Positions 1 to 9,064 of a stretch of DNA of 64,000 nucleotides are shown here, piece by piece. Where the stretch lies: NCBI GenBank assembly GCA_964384025.1, contig CAYLJJ010000013.1, positions 46 to 64,045 on the forward strand. Direction: 5' to 3'. The translations under genes and the position numbers were made by a program. This stretch comes from an uncultured Nannocystaceae bacterium. GTDB taxonomy: Bacteria; Myxococcota_A; Bradymonadia; UBA7976; UBA1532. The number at the start of each line of letters is the position of its first letter. Position 1 is the first letter of the stretch. Below the pieces are notes generated by a model that searched no databases, had not been told where the DNA came from, and saw nothing but the letters and a program-made list of their open reading frames with translations.

Positions 1-100
1 CCTTTACAAAGCCCAGATCCTCATAAGCAGAATCACAGTCACACTCCAACACCTCGATAGGGTTGCAGGCCAGAAGACACCCCAGGAAAAAATAGCGCAT
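1..100 (-). CDS. 5' end of a putative lipoprotein running off the left edge (MRYFFLGCLLACNPIEVLECDCDS...)
   Basis: Manual translation of minus strand from ATG at 100; GAGGGA RBS upstream; LLAC lipobox; open to position 1; not in ORF track. Confidence 0.55.
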   Translation of the reverse strand, partial: MRYFFLGCLLACNPIEVLECDCDSAYEDLGFVK

Positions 101-205
101 ATATCCCTCAGCGAATTTCAAAGCCAAAGTAGCAAATCAGAAGCAGCTTGAGCATTCCCAAACCCCTATAATCGAAATCCCAGGGGGAGAATCGGAGTTC
201 TTATT

Positions 206-1909
206 ATGAAGAGCAGCTCTCTAGACACCATGTTGAGCAGCATTGAGCAGCTCACAGGAGGAGTCTACTTTGCGGTAGATGCCGAACAGAATGTCATCGC
301 CTTTAGCCAGGGGATGGAGGCGCTCACTGGACGCAAACGGGAAGAGGTTCTGGGACGACACTGCCTTAACGCCTTTCGCTGTCCCAACTGTTTAAAGGGT
401 TGTCGCCTCTTTGAACGGGGCTCCATCGACTCCTCGGAGATGGAGTTTTTCCGCTCTGATGGCAGCTCCGTCGAAGTGTTTAAGAGCGGCCGACTGATTC
501 AGGATCCAGAGCTGGGGACCTATGGAATCGAGTGGGTGCGCTTGAGCCGGGAAAGTAAAAACGCTCGTTCAGCTTCACCAACACAGCGATTTGATCGACT
601 CTTGGAGAGCCTAAATCGCTCTTTCATCGCCCTGGATGAGAAGTTTCAGATCCTACAACTCTCCAGGAAACTCCCTCAGCTCTTAGGATATCCACTTCAG
701 GAGTTGCTGGGGCTGCCCATCTCTCAGCTGTTGGGGGAGCGTCTCTTGGGAGCAGAGAGCGAGCTGCGCACGTCACTTCTCGCAGGGGAGCGACGTGAAG
801 GTCTACGAGCACTCCTTCCACTGAAGAAGGGAACGGAGACTGTCTCTCTCTCTGCTGCAGCGGTCCAAACCCCTGATGAGCTGACCGAATTCTCGGGGGG
901 TTGTATGGCCAATGCTCGCTATCTATTGATGATCAGGCCCTCAGAGGAGAAACAGGTCCCCCACTTTGAGGGTTTCGTGACTCGCTCTGAGCGTATCCGC
1001 CCCATCTTTCGCCTTATCGATCATCTTCATGGCAATGATGCGCTGATCCTGATCACAGGAGAGAGCGGCACAGGAAAGGAGCTGATCGCCAAGGCGATCC
1101 ACAGTCGTTCTCATCGCGCCTCTGGGCCTTTTGTGACGGTCAACTGCGGGGCGATCCCAGGAGATCTCCTGGAGAGTGAACTTTTTGGTCATGTGCGAGG
1201 GGCGTTTACTGGAGCGATCCGCGACAAACCGGGCCGTTTTCAACTGGCGGAGGGTGGGACCCTCTTCTTGGATGAGATCGGGGATCTCTCCCTCCCCTTG
1301 CAGGTCAAGCTTCTTCGGGTGCTCCAAGAGGGGACCTATGAGGCGGTCGGTGATCCGCACCCAAGACGGGTAAAGGCCCGCGTGGTAGCGGCCACCCATC
1401 GTGATCTAGCTTTGGAGGTCAGAGAGCGGCGCTTTCGTGAAGATCTCTACTACCGCCTTCGAGTGATCCCCATTGAGATCCCTCCCTTGCGAGAGCGACG
1501 TGAAGATCTGGATCTGCTTATTCAGCACCTCCTGGAGCGCATCGGGCTACGACGAGCGCGGGCTCTACGCCTCTCTCCCTCTGCGATGCGCTGCCTGCTC
1601 TCTCACCCCTGGCCCGGTAATGTTCGAGAGATGGAGAACGCCCTGGAGTACTCCACCGCTGTCTGTGAAGGCCAAACGATCCATGAAAATGATCTGCCTC
1701 AAGAGATCAGGGCCTCCACCCTCTCCCTTCTTCCCAAGTCTGAACCTGAGCCTCCCCTTCAAGAAGCAAATCAACAGGAACAAGCCGAAGTTCAGCGTAT
1801 CCGAACAGCTCTAAGAGCAACACAGGGACGGCGTCAGGAAGCAGCTGAGCATCTGGGCATCAGCCGGTGGACCCTCTGGCGCAAAATGAAAGAGCATGGT
1901 ATCCGCTGA
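206..1909 (+). CDS. Sigma54-dependent transcriptional activator (two PAS-like domains, AAA+ domain, Fis-type HTH)
   Basis: Walker A GESGTGKE, ESELFGHVRGAFTGA, LFLDEIGD, WPGNVRE, C-terminal HTH (AAEHLGISRWTLWRKM); Cys cluster CLNAFRCPNCLKGC in first PAS. Confidence 0.95.
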   Translation: MKSSSLDTMLSSIEQLTGGVYFAVDAEQNVIAFSQGMEALTGRKREEVLGRHCLNAFRCPNCLKGCRLFERGSIDSSEMEFFRSDGSSVEVFKSGRLIQDPELGTYGIEWVRLSRESKNARSASPTQRFDRLLESLNRSFIALDEKFQILQLSRKLPQLLGYPLQELLGLPISQLLGERLLGAESELRTSLLAGERREGLRALLPLKKGTETVSLSAAAVQTPDELTEFSGGCMANARYLLMIRPSEEKQVPHFEGFVTRSERIRPIFRLIDHLHGNDALILITGESGTGKELIAKAIHSRSHRASGPFVTVNCGAIPGDLLESELFGHVRGAFTGAIRDKPGRFQLAEGGTLFLDEIGDLSLPLQVKLLRVLQEGTYEAVGDPHPRRVKARVVAATHRDLALEVRERRFREDLYYRLRVIPIEIPPLRERREDLDLLIQHLLERIGLRRARALRLSPSAMRCLLSHPWPGNVREMENALEYSTAVCEGQTIHENDLPQEIRASTLSLLPKSEPEPPLQEANQQEQAEVQRIRTALRATQGRRQEAAEHLGISRWTLWRKMKEHGIR

Positions 1910-1910
1910 C

Positions 1911-1950
1911 TGCACCATGGTGCACCGTGGTGCACCATGGTGCACCATAT
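1911..1950. promoter_or_regulatory. Four tandem 10-bp units TGCACC(A/G)T(GG/AT) forming overlapping TGCACCATGGTGCA palindromes; candidate upstream activator sequence
   Basis: tgcaccatgg tgcaccgtgg tgcaccatgg tgcaccatat directly after the activator stop and ~60-100 bp upstream of a -24/-12 promoter; half-sites match NtrC-type TGCACCA/TGGTGCA. Confidence 0.65.
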
Positions 1951-2008
1951 GCGCAAGTCTCGTTAAGTTTCCCTCTCGTGAGTTCTAGATATCCTCTGCA
2001 AATTAGGG

Positions 2009-2025
2009 TTGGCCTTTATGTTGCA
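2009..2025 (+). promoter_or_regulatory. Sigma54 (-24/-12) promoter of the SQR operon
   Basis: TTGGCCTTTATGTTGCA: GG and GC at canonical spacing (TGGC-N7-TTGCA), ~40 bp upstream of the SQR start. Confidence 0.75.
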
Positions 2026-2063
2026 TCTCCGGCTGATTCAGTCATATTGAAGTGGAGAGATGT

Positions 2064-3293
2064 GTGAAGAAGCTCGTAATTCTTGGTGCAGGCACAGCCG
2101 GAACGATGATGCTGAACAAGCTCTGGAAAGATCTTCATTCTGATGAATGGAAGATCAGCATTGTTGATCAGAGCGAGACGCACTATTATCAACCCGGATT
2201 TCTTTTTATGCCCTTCGGGATTTATAACCCAAAGGACGTAATTAAGCCTAAGAGAGATTTTTTTCCTACAGGCGTCGAGTTTATTCGTTCAAGCATAGAG
2301 GTCATCGAAACAGACAAACAGCGTGTTCGTCTGGGGAATGGCATCTATCTCCATTATGATCTGCTCATCATCGCTACCGGAACAACCACAAGGCCCATGG
2401 AGAATCAGGGCCTTATGGGATCAGGGTGGTATAAGAACATCTTTGATTTCTATAGCTTTGAGGGGGCCAAGGCCCTCAGTCGCAAGTTGAGGAGTTGGGA
2501 GGGGGGCAAGCTGATCCTCAACGTGGTAGAGATGCCGATCAAATGCCCTGTGGCTCCCCTTGAGTTCCTCATGTTGGCGGATTGGTACTTCCACAAGCGA
2601 GGTATTCGTAACCGGGTGGAGATCGAGTATGTCACTCCTCTGGATGGCGCCTTCACCAAACCCCGAGCTTCAGCGATGTTGGGGGATATCCTCGCGCGGA
2701 AAAATATCAAGGTTACTTCAGAGTTCAACTTCTCAGAGGCAGATCCCGAGAAGCGCCTGATCCGCTCCTATGATGATCGTGAGGTTGACTACGACCTCCT
2801 GATCAGCATCCCCACCAATATGGGGAGCGATCTCATCGAGCGTTCAGATATGGGGGATGAGCTGAACTATGTTGCGACACACCCCAAGACCCTCCAGTCC
2901 AAGGAGCATGAGAATATCTTTGTGATTGGAGACGCAACGGATCTGCCCTCCTCCAAGGCAGGCTCGGTGGCTCACTTCCAAGCTGATGTTCTCCATGAAA
3001 ATATCCTTCGTTATATCGATGGCTTAGAGCTGAAACCGGACTTTGACGGCCACGCCAACTGCTTCATCGAGTCAGGCTTCGGTAAAGGGATCCTCATCGA
3101 CTTCAACTATGATGTGGAGCCGCTCCCCGGAAAGTTCCCTCTCCCTGGACTTGGTCCCTTCTCCCTGTTAGAGGAGACTCGGATGAACCACTGGGGGAAG
3201 ATGACCTTCCGATGGGTTTATTGGAACCTCCTCCTCAAAGGTGCTGAGATCCCACTTGAGCCTCAGATGGCGATGGCGGGTAAGAGGCCGTGA
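2064..3293 (+). CDS. sqr: Sulfide:quinone oxidoreductase-family flavoprotein (type III-like)
   Basis: MKKLVILGAGTAG Rossmann motif, HYYQPG, KCPVAP, IGDAT, GHANCFIESG; GTG start at 2064 after GGAGAG RBS. Confidence 0.85.
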   Translation: MKKLVILGAGTAGTMMLNKLWKDLHSDEWKISIVDQSETHYYQPGFLFMPFGIYNPKDVIKPKRDFFPTGVEFIRSSIEVIETDKQRVRLGNGIYLHYDLLIIATGTTTRPMENQGLMGSGWYKNIFDFYSFEGAKALSRKLRSWEGGKLILNVVEMPIKCPVAPLEFLMLADWYFHKRGIRNRVEIEYVTPLDGAFTKPRASAMLGDILARKNIKVTSEFNFSEADPEKRLIRSYDDREVDYDLLISIPTNMGSDLIERSDMGDELNYVATHPKTLQSKEHENIFVIGDATDLPSSKAGSVAHFQADVLHENILRYIDGLELKPDFDGHANCFIESGFGKGILIDFNYDVEPLPGKFPLPGLGPFSLLEETRMNHWGKMTFRWVYWNLLLKGAEIPLEPQMAMAGKRP

Positions 3294-3988
3294 AGGAGAT
3301 GGAACTGAGCGCTGGACAGGGAGATATTCTCCAAGAGCTGAACCGAAAGATGGATCTCCTCTCAGAGCAGATCGACTCCATCCAGAAACGTCATCAGGCG
3401 CTGGAGGAGCTTAAGACAGATATTCAGCCTATCGTTAATGATGGCTACCATCTCCTGGTTGAGGAGTTGGAGCAGGTGGGGGAGGCCTTCACCCTCGATG
3501 ATCTCTTCGAGCTTGGGCGCAGGCTTCTGCGTTCTACTCGAACCCTGAATAAGGCCCTGGAGCAACTCAACAGCCTGGATGGGCTCTTGAGCGACTTAGG
3601 TCCCCTGGGTAAAGAGATCTTCTCTTCCCTCCTAGAGCAGCTGAGCGCTTTGGAGAAAGAGGGGCATCTGGATAACCTCAGAGAGCTGGCCGAGTTGATG
3701 AAGGCTCTGTCAGAGGAGCTGAAGGTTGAAGACCTCTCAAACTTGAGGTCGGCGCTCCCCAGCTTTGTTCAACTCCTGCGCCTGGGCACCCAAACTCAGG
3801 TCCTAGAGCTGCTCAAAGGTTCCCTAGAGAGTCTCAGTCAACCCGCTCCCCCTGCTCCAGGGGTCTTTGGGATGTTGAAGGTGATGAAGGATCCTGAGAT
3901 TCGGCAGGGGTTGGGCTTGGCTCTTCAGATGCTTCGCCAGATGGGTCGATTGAACCAGTATAACAAACAGATCACTCAAGAACAGTAG
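3290..3988 (+). CDS. DUF1641-like helical protein
   Basis: Helical protein ending PAPGVFGMLKVMKDPEIRQGLGLALQMLRQMG; typical SQR partner; 4-bp overlap with sqr. Confidence 0.75.
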   Translation: MKEMELSAGQGDILQELNRKMDLLSEQIDSIQKRHQALEELKTDIQPIVNDGYHLLVEELEQVGEAFTLDDLFELGRRLLRSTRTLNKALEQLNSLDGLLSDLGPLGKEIFSSLLEQLSALEKEGHLDNLRELAELMKALSEELKVEDLSNLRSALPSFVQLLRLGTQTQVLELLKGSLESLSQPAPPAPGVFGMLKVMKDPEIRQGLGLALQMLRQMGRLNQYNKQITQEQ

Positions 3989-4016
3989 AGCGCGAAAAGG
4001 CGCAAAGGAGAGAGAC

Positions 4017-4334
4017 ATGGCAACCATGACCTACGCAGGGATCGATGTCGAGGTTGATGATAAGGGTTTTATGATCAAGTCTGACCAATGGACTCGAGAG
4101 ATCGCTCAACATATCGCTACCGAGGCTGGGATCCCTGAGTTGAACGCAGATCATTGGAAGGTCCTTGAGTTCTGCCGTAAAGACGCTGCTGAGAAAGGTA
4201 AGGTTCCTGGTCTACGGCGCATCTCTAAGCAGACAGGAGTTGCAACTCGCAGCCTCTACACCCTCTTTCCCAAGGGTCCTGGCAAATTGGCTGCGAAGTG
4301 CGCTGGTTTGACCCAGCCCAAAGGCTGTGTCTGA
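4017..4334 (+). CDS. TusE/DsrC/DsvC-family sulfur relay protein
   Basis: VDDKGF...W...HWKVLEF...LFPKGPGKLAAKCAGLTQPKGCV with penultimate Cys. Confidence 0.9.
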   Translation: MATMTYAGIDVEVDDKGFMIKSDQWTREIAQHIATEAGIPELNADHWKVLEFCRKDAAEKGKVPGLRRISKQTGVATRSLYTLFPKGPGKLAAKCAGLTQPKGCV

Positions 4335-4336
4335 TC

Positions 4337-4798
4337 ATGGCTGAAAGAAAACTGACGGTTATCTGCTCTAAGGGCACTCTAGATATGGCCTACCCTGGCC
4401 TGATCCTCGCCAATGCAGCGCGTATGGCAGGTATAGAGGCAGGGATCTTCTTCACCTTTTGGGGCCTTGACTTGGTCACCAAGGCTAAGGTGGACAAGCT
4501 TAAGGTCGCTACGGTAGGTAACCCCTCTATGGGGATGCCGACCATGCTCGGTGGTCTCCCTGGGATCTCCGCGATGGCTTCTAAGATGATGAAGAAGCAG
4601 ATCGAGGAGTTGGAGCTGCCCACTATCCGTGAGCTGCTGGAAGATCTTGAAGAAGCTGGCTGTGAGATGTACGCCTGTCGAATGGCTATGGATATGATGA
4701 AGTTGGAGAAAGATGATCTCCTGCCTCAGGTCAAGGAGATCATCTCCGCGATGGACTTTATGGATATTTCTGAGGACGCCCAGATCGTCTTTGTCTGA
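4337..4798 (+). CDS. DsrE2-like (DsrE/DsrF/DrsH family) sulfur carrier
   Basis: KLTVICSKGTLDMAYPGLILA...IFFTFWGL...YACRMAMDMM; ATG at 4337. Confidence 0.85.
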   Translation: MAERKLTVICSKGTLDMAYPGLILANAARMAGIEAGIFFTFWGLDLVTKAKVDKLKVATVGNPSMGMPTMLGGLPGISAMASKMMKKQIEELELPTIRELLEDLEEAGCEMYACRMAMDMMKLEKDDLLPQVKEIISAMDFMDISEDAQIVFV

Positions 4799-4807
4799 GG
4801 GGAAGAG

Positions 4808-5137
4808 ATGGATGAAATCTCTGAAGCCCAAAAGAACACAGATTATCGAGACCTTGACCTGAGCGAGCTTGCTCTGGATAAAGCAGTTCAGCTCCTCAAG
4901 GCGCTGGGACATAGACACCGCCTTCGTATCGTGGGTTGTCTTATTTCCCAAGAACGCCATGTCGCAGAGATGGCAGAGCTCCTCAAAATCAACCCTTCCA
5001 TCGTTTCTCAGCAACTCCGCATTCTTCGCCTAAACCAGTTGGTCAAGCGACGTTTTGAGAATGGTCGAGCCAATTATCGAATCCAGGATTCCTGCGTAAG
5101 GTCTATCCTAGAGGCTCTGCTCTGTCCCAAAAAGTGA
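4808..5137 (+). CDS. ArsR/SmtB-family repressor, BigR/SqrR-like candidate persulfide sensor
   Basis: LLKALGHRHRLRIVGCL...HVAEMAELL...VSQQLRILR; Cys near helix 2 and at the C-terminus (DSCV, ALLCPKK). Confidence 0.8.
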   Translation: MDEISEAQKNTDYRDLDLSELALDKAVQLLKALGHRHRLRIVGCLISQERHVAEMAELLKINPSIVSQQLRILRLNQLVKRRFENGRANYRIQDSCVRSILEALLCPKK

Positions 5138-5230
5138 GAGAACTCCTCCTCCTTGTTGACTCCCCTTGATTCTGCTTCTACCGGTTCGCTGAACCAGGGA
5201 TTTTCTCGCAATTTTCCTGCTTCGACGAAA

Positions 5231-6838
5231 CTAGTTCAGGAGTGAAAATACGATCAAAGAGAGACCCAGAAGAGCGATAACGCTTAAAAACAGACTCAAA
5301 CCCAAGTTTTCTTTGAGGGCCTTGGGGAAGAATGAGCGTTTCTGAACCAAGCGGGCTGAAGTCAGTCCCCGATTGATGGAATACTCGGAATTTCCTGGGT
5401 TATTTCGTTGTCCTCTTGACTTTGATGGTCTCTGAGGAGGGGTCGAAGGTCGATGGTTACGCGAGAGATTCTGAACTTGAGGGGGAGCTGCTCCTCCAGC
5501 CTTGGAAGGCTGATGAGAGAGGGAGCCTCGGTTTTGAGGAGGAGGGTTGGAAGGCTGATGAGAGAGGGAGCCTCGGTTTTGAGAAGAAGGGTTGGAAGGC
5601 TGATGAGAGAGGGAGCCTCGGTTTTGAGGAGGGTTGGAGGGATGAAGGGGGAGAGGAGCCCGGTTCTGAAGAGGGTGACCGCCTGCTTGGACAGGGAGAG
5701 GCTTTTGACTGGGCGATGCAGGAGTTTGAGAATGAGCGCTGGGAAAGCGTGTCACCAAGCCCCCATAGTGTCCTGGTCGATCTTCTACGAGCGTGGTGTC
5801 TTGATCCTCTGAAGGGGTCGTTGAGGTCCCAAAGATATCTTGGAGTGGCTGCATTGGATCAGATCGAGAGATCTGAACTCGCCGACCGAGGAGCTCTAGA
5901 GCTTCCCACATCTCTCGAGCCTGAGTGAAACGTTGGCTGGGATCCTTCTCCAACGCCCTGAAGATGATCTTTTGTAGATCGGGATCGATACCTGGAATGT
6001 GCCCAATGAGGGGAGGGGGAGGATCCTTGATATGTTTAAAAACCACCGAGAAGGGAGTGTCCCCCTCGAAAGGGGGAGTTCCCTTGAGCATCTCATAAGC
6101 CACCACACCAACGGAGTAGAGATCTGTGGTTGGGCCTGGAGGGGCCAGGCCCTGAGCTTGCTCAGGTGCCATATATTCAGGGGTCCCAAAGACCAAGCCG
6201 GTTCGAGTGAGATTGTCATCGCCCGCCTGCTCTTTGACGATGCCAAAGTCCATGATCGTGGCGTGGCCCTCGGGGGAAAGCATGATGTTTCCAGGCTTGA
6301 TATCTCGGTGGATCAAGCCCTGGTTGTGAGCATGATCGAGACCCTTGCAGATCTGAATGATGATGGAACGGACCTCTTTTGATGAAAAGCGCTCGTTACG
6401 GAGCCTCATCCGATCCAGAAGCTGAGCGATCGTCTCTCCTTCCAGATGCTTCATCGCAAAGTAGTGAAAGTTTTCCTGCTGCCCAATTGCATAGACCGGG
6501 ACGATGTTGGGATGATCCAACCGAGCCATCGCCTGAGCTTCTTTTTTGAAGCGGCTGATGATCTCCGTCTCGGTATTGAACTTCTCAGGAAGTACCTTGA
6601 TCGCTACAAAGCGGCCCAGAGAGGTGTCCTTGCCTCGGTAGACGATCCCCATCCCCCCACGCCCCAACTCTGAGAGGATCTTAAATTTTCCATCAAAGAC
6701 GGCGCCGAGCATAACGGGATTGTTTTGAAGGCTGTTGTGATCCAACTCAGCCTGAACATCGATCCCACAATGCTCACAAAAACGCCGTCCTGGATCATTT
6801 TGCTGACCACAGCGAGGACAAGTTTTCATGAGGTCCAT
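5231..6838 (-). CDS. Hanks-type Ser/Thr protein kinase with N-terminal zinc ribbon, Pro/Gln-rich repeats and C-terminal TM
   Basis: CPRC...FCEHC; LGRGGMGIVY, VAIK, HRDIKPGN, DFG, GTPEYMAPEQ; hydrophobic C-terminus. Confidence 0.93.
   Translation of the reverse strand: MDLMKTCPRCGQQNDPGRRFCEHCGIDVQAELDHNSLQNNPVMLGAVFDGKFKILSELGRGGMGIVYRGKDTSLGRFVAIKVLPEKFNTETEIISRFKKEAQAMARLDHPNIVPVYAIGQQENFHYFAMKHLEGETIAQLLDRMRLRNERFSSKEVRSIIIQICKGLDHAHNQGLIHRDIKPGNIMLSPEGHATIMDFGIVKEQAGDDNLTRTGLVFGTPEYMAPEQAQGLAPPGPTTDLYSVGVVAYEMLKGTPPFEGDTPFSVVFKHIKDPPPPLIGHIPGIDPDLQKIIFRALEKDPSQRFTQAREMWEALELLGRRVQISRSDPMQPLQDIFGTSTTPSEDQDTTLVEDRPGHYGGLVTRFPSAHSQTPASPSQKPLPVQAGGHPLQNRAPLPLHPSNPPQNRGSLSHQPSNPSSQNRGSLSHQPSNPPPQNRGSLSHQPSKAGGAAPPQVQNLSRNHRPSTPPQRPSKSRGQRNNPGNSEYSINRGLTSARLVQKRSFFPKALKENLGLSLFLSVIALLGLSLIVFSLLN
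5502..5636. repeat. Three 45-bp coding tandem repeats (QNRGSLSHQPSN/K..) plus degenerate flanking copies
   Basis: ttggaaggctgatgagagagggagcctcggttttgag starts at 5502, 5547 and 5592. Confidence 0.9.
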
Positions 6839-7012
6839 TTTGTGATGGCTAGAAGTTGCCGAGAATCCAAAAGATCTCCCGAATCGATTTTGGAGTATAT
6901 GTGCAGCTCAAGAGCAGTCGCAATAGTTGAATCTTGAGCATTATGGTCCTCGATCTTTCCAAGACAAACAGCCATCTTCTAAAGTCCTCCCGCTTCCCTG
7001 TAAAGAGAGTGG

Positions 7013-7717
7013 ATGAAGATCTTAATCCTCAAAATGGGCAGCACTCTGCCCAAGCTCCTCCCTCGCTGGGGAGACTTCGAAGTGATGTTCGCCCGTGCTC
7101 TGGGCTGCTCCTTAGAGCGCTTTCAACTTATCGATGCTCAGCAAGAGCCCCTTCCCTCCCCTGAGGGCTTTGCGGGTGTTCTGGTGACGGGCAGCCCTCG
7201 CTCTGTCACCGAGGAGCTGCCCTGGTCTCAAGCGACAGGTCGCTGGCTCCTTCAAGCCGCAGCTCAGGGGCTGCCCATCTTGGGTGTTTGCTATGGGCAT
7301 CAACTCATCGGAGCCGCTTTTGGAGGCTCGGTGGGCAAAAATAAAGCAGGTCGAGAGATGGGGCGCGTTGAGTTAGAGTGTTTAGAGGAGGATCTTCTCT
7401 TTGAGGGCTTATCTCCTCGCTTCTTCGGCTTTGAAACCCATGTGGATGCCATTTTAACCCCTCCTCCAGGGGCGATAGTTCTGGCGAAGAGCGCCCTCTG
7501 TCCGATACAGGCTCTCGCCATCGGGGAGAATCTACGCAGCGTCCAGTGGCACCCTGAGTTTAATGAGGAGATCTTGGCAACCTATGCCCAGGCTCGCGCT
7601 CAGGAACTTGAAGATGAGGGGATCTCAGCAAGGGCTGTCCTGGAGAGCTTGGCGCCCACAGAGAGCGGCCCTCAACTCCTGAGAAACTTTGCGCGCTATT
7701 TTATGGGTTTCCTATGA
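7013..7717 (+). CDS. Class I glutamine amidotransferase (GMP-synthase-like GATase1)
   Basis: VTGSP, PILGVCYGHQL nucleophile elbow, QWHPE. Confidence 0.9.
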   Translation: MKILILKMGSTLPKLLPRWGDFEVMFARALGCSLERFQLIDAQQEPLPSPEGFAGVLVTGSPRSVTEELPWSQATGRWLLQAAAQGLPILGVCYGHQLIGAAFGGSVGKNKAGREMGRVELECLEEDLLFEGLSPRFFGFETHVDAILTPPPGAIVLAKSALCPIQALAIGENLRSVQWHPEFNEEILATYAQARAQELEDEGISARAVLESLAPTESGPQLLRNFARYFMGFL

Positions 7718-8370
7718 GGCAGGTACAGAAAAGAGAAACTCTGACTGGGGCTATCTTGGTCGGGGGGCGTGCCCGACGCTTAGGGGGTCTCAATAAGGGG
7801 CTCTTGAAGTTGGAGGGGCAGAGCCTCCTTCAGCGTCTCTTGAAGCTCCTACGCTCTCGCTGTGACCAGCTCCTCTTGGTGGGTGATCCTAGAGGCCCCT
7901 ATGCCCAACAGGGAGTCCCCATCTATCCAGATCGAATAGCCAACCTGGGTGCGCCAGGGGGGCTCTATACCGCGCTCCATCACGCCGCTCCAGGTTGGCT
8001 GCTCCTGTTGGCCTGTGATCTCCCCCACCTGGATGAAGAGATCCTGGACAGGCTCTTAGAAGCGCGCTCTGACAAAGAGGAGGTCTTGCTCTATGAGGCT
8101 GGAGGACGACTCCAGACCCTCGTGGGGCTTTGGCATCGTCGCAGCCTGCCCCAGGTAGAGCGGATGCTTGAGGAGGAACAGGGCTGCAGTATGCGTCGTC
8201 TCGCGGAGGCTCTGGAGTTAAAGCGCCTTCAGGCTTCCCCTGAGCCCTTCTTTAACCTGAACACCCCTACCGATCTTCGGCGTCTGGGGATCTCGACCAG
8301 AGGATCTGAGCGAAAGCGGAGTGAGCGTGGATCGACTCAAAGTTCTCTGCCCGCACATCCAACCAGCTGA
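7714..8370 (+). CDS. mobA: Molybdenum cofactor guanylyltransferase
   Basis: GAILVGGRARRLGG.NKGLL, GAPGGLYTAL, LACDLP, FFNLNTPTDL. Confidence 0.85.
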   Translation: MRQVQKRETLTGAILVGGRARRLGGLNKGLLKLEGQSLLQRLLKLLRSRCDQLLLVGDPRGPYAQQGVPIYPDRIANLGAPGGLYTALHHAAPGWLLLLACDLPHLDEEILDRLLEARSDKEEVLLYEAGGRLQTLVGLWHRRSLPQVERMLEEEQGCSMRRLAEALELKRLQASPEPFFNLNTPTDLRRLGISTRGSERKRSERGSTQSSLPAHPTS

Positions 8371-9064
8371 TCTGAGGGATCTTCTTGAGGGCGATGAGCA
8401 CATCCCGTACAAGATCCTCTACAAAACGGGGTCGATCATAGGCCATCTCGGTGATGAACTTTTCATCCTCCCGCTTGAGGAGAGCATAGACAGGCGCAGA
8501 AGCCTGCGCCTCCACCGCCTCCACAACCTCCTCAATCCAGACAAAGCCTTCAGCCCGGAGTCGTACATCGATCTGGCTGCGTTGGTTGTGAGCGCCTCGA
8601 TCGGAGATCGCCTTAGAGCAGGGACAGAGGCTCTTGACAGGGACCTTTACCCTGAGGGTGAAGTCAAAGCGCTTCCCCTTGGCTGAGCCGTAGAAGCCGC
8701 AATCATAGCTCATCAATGAGCAGGCTCCGCTGACAGGAGCCTGTTTCTCCATAAAATAGGGAAACTCCAGCTCTAGATAGGCATCCTCGGCGTCTAAGCG
8801 GCGCTGAATCTGGCTGAGGATCTCTGGCATATTGCGGATCGTCATCTCCCCCTTTACAGAGTTGAGGACCTCCACAAAGCGGCTCATATGAGTGCCCTTA
8901 AACTGCCTGGGGAGGCCTACAAAGGCGCTCACCCGCGCCACCGTAGATTGAAGCTCCTCTTGGCGATCTAAAACCTGGATTGGATAGCGAAGATCGTGAA
9001 TACCAACTCGCTCGATATCCAGGGCACGATCATCCGGTAGGCTGGCATGATCTGGAAGGCTCAT
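8267..9064 (-). CDS. folE2: GTP cyclohydrolase IB
   Basis: IERVGI, KGTHMSRF, SLCPCSKAIS, GAHNQRS, FVEDLVR, ESIHAHSA; ATG at 9064 overlaps the queE stop. Confidence 0.93.
   Translation of the reverse strand: MSLPDHASLPDDRALDIERVGIHDLRYPIQVLDRQEELQSTVARVSAFVGLPRQFKGTHMSRFVEVLNSVKGEMTIRNMPEILSQIQRRLDAEDAYLELEFPYFMEKQAPVSGACSLMSYDCGFYGSAKGKRFDFTLRVKVPVKSLCPCSKAISDRGAHNQRSQIDVRLRAEGFVWIEEVVEAVEAQASAPVYALLKREDEKFITEMAYDRPRFVEDLVRDVLIALKKIPQISWLDVRAENFESIHAHSAFAQILWSRSPDAEDR

Noticed and set aside
1911-1950. CRISPR array or simple microsatellite
   Set aside because: Units are contiguous 10-mers with no spacers and no cas genes; position fits an enhancer better.
8267-8370. Functional 104-bp convergent overlap of mobA and folE2
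   Set aside because: The MobA domain ends before the overlap; the tail is low-complexity read-through, common in GC-rich genomes.
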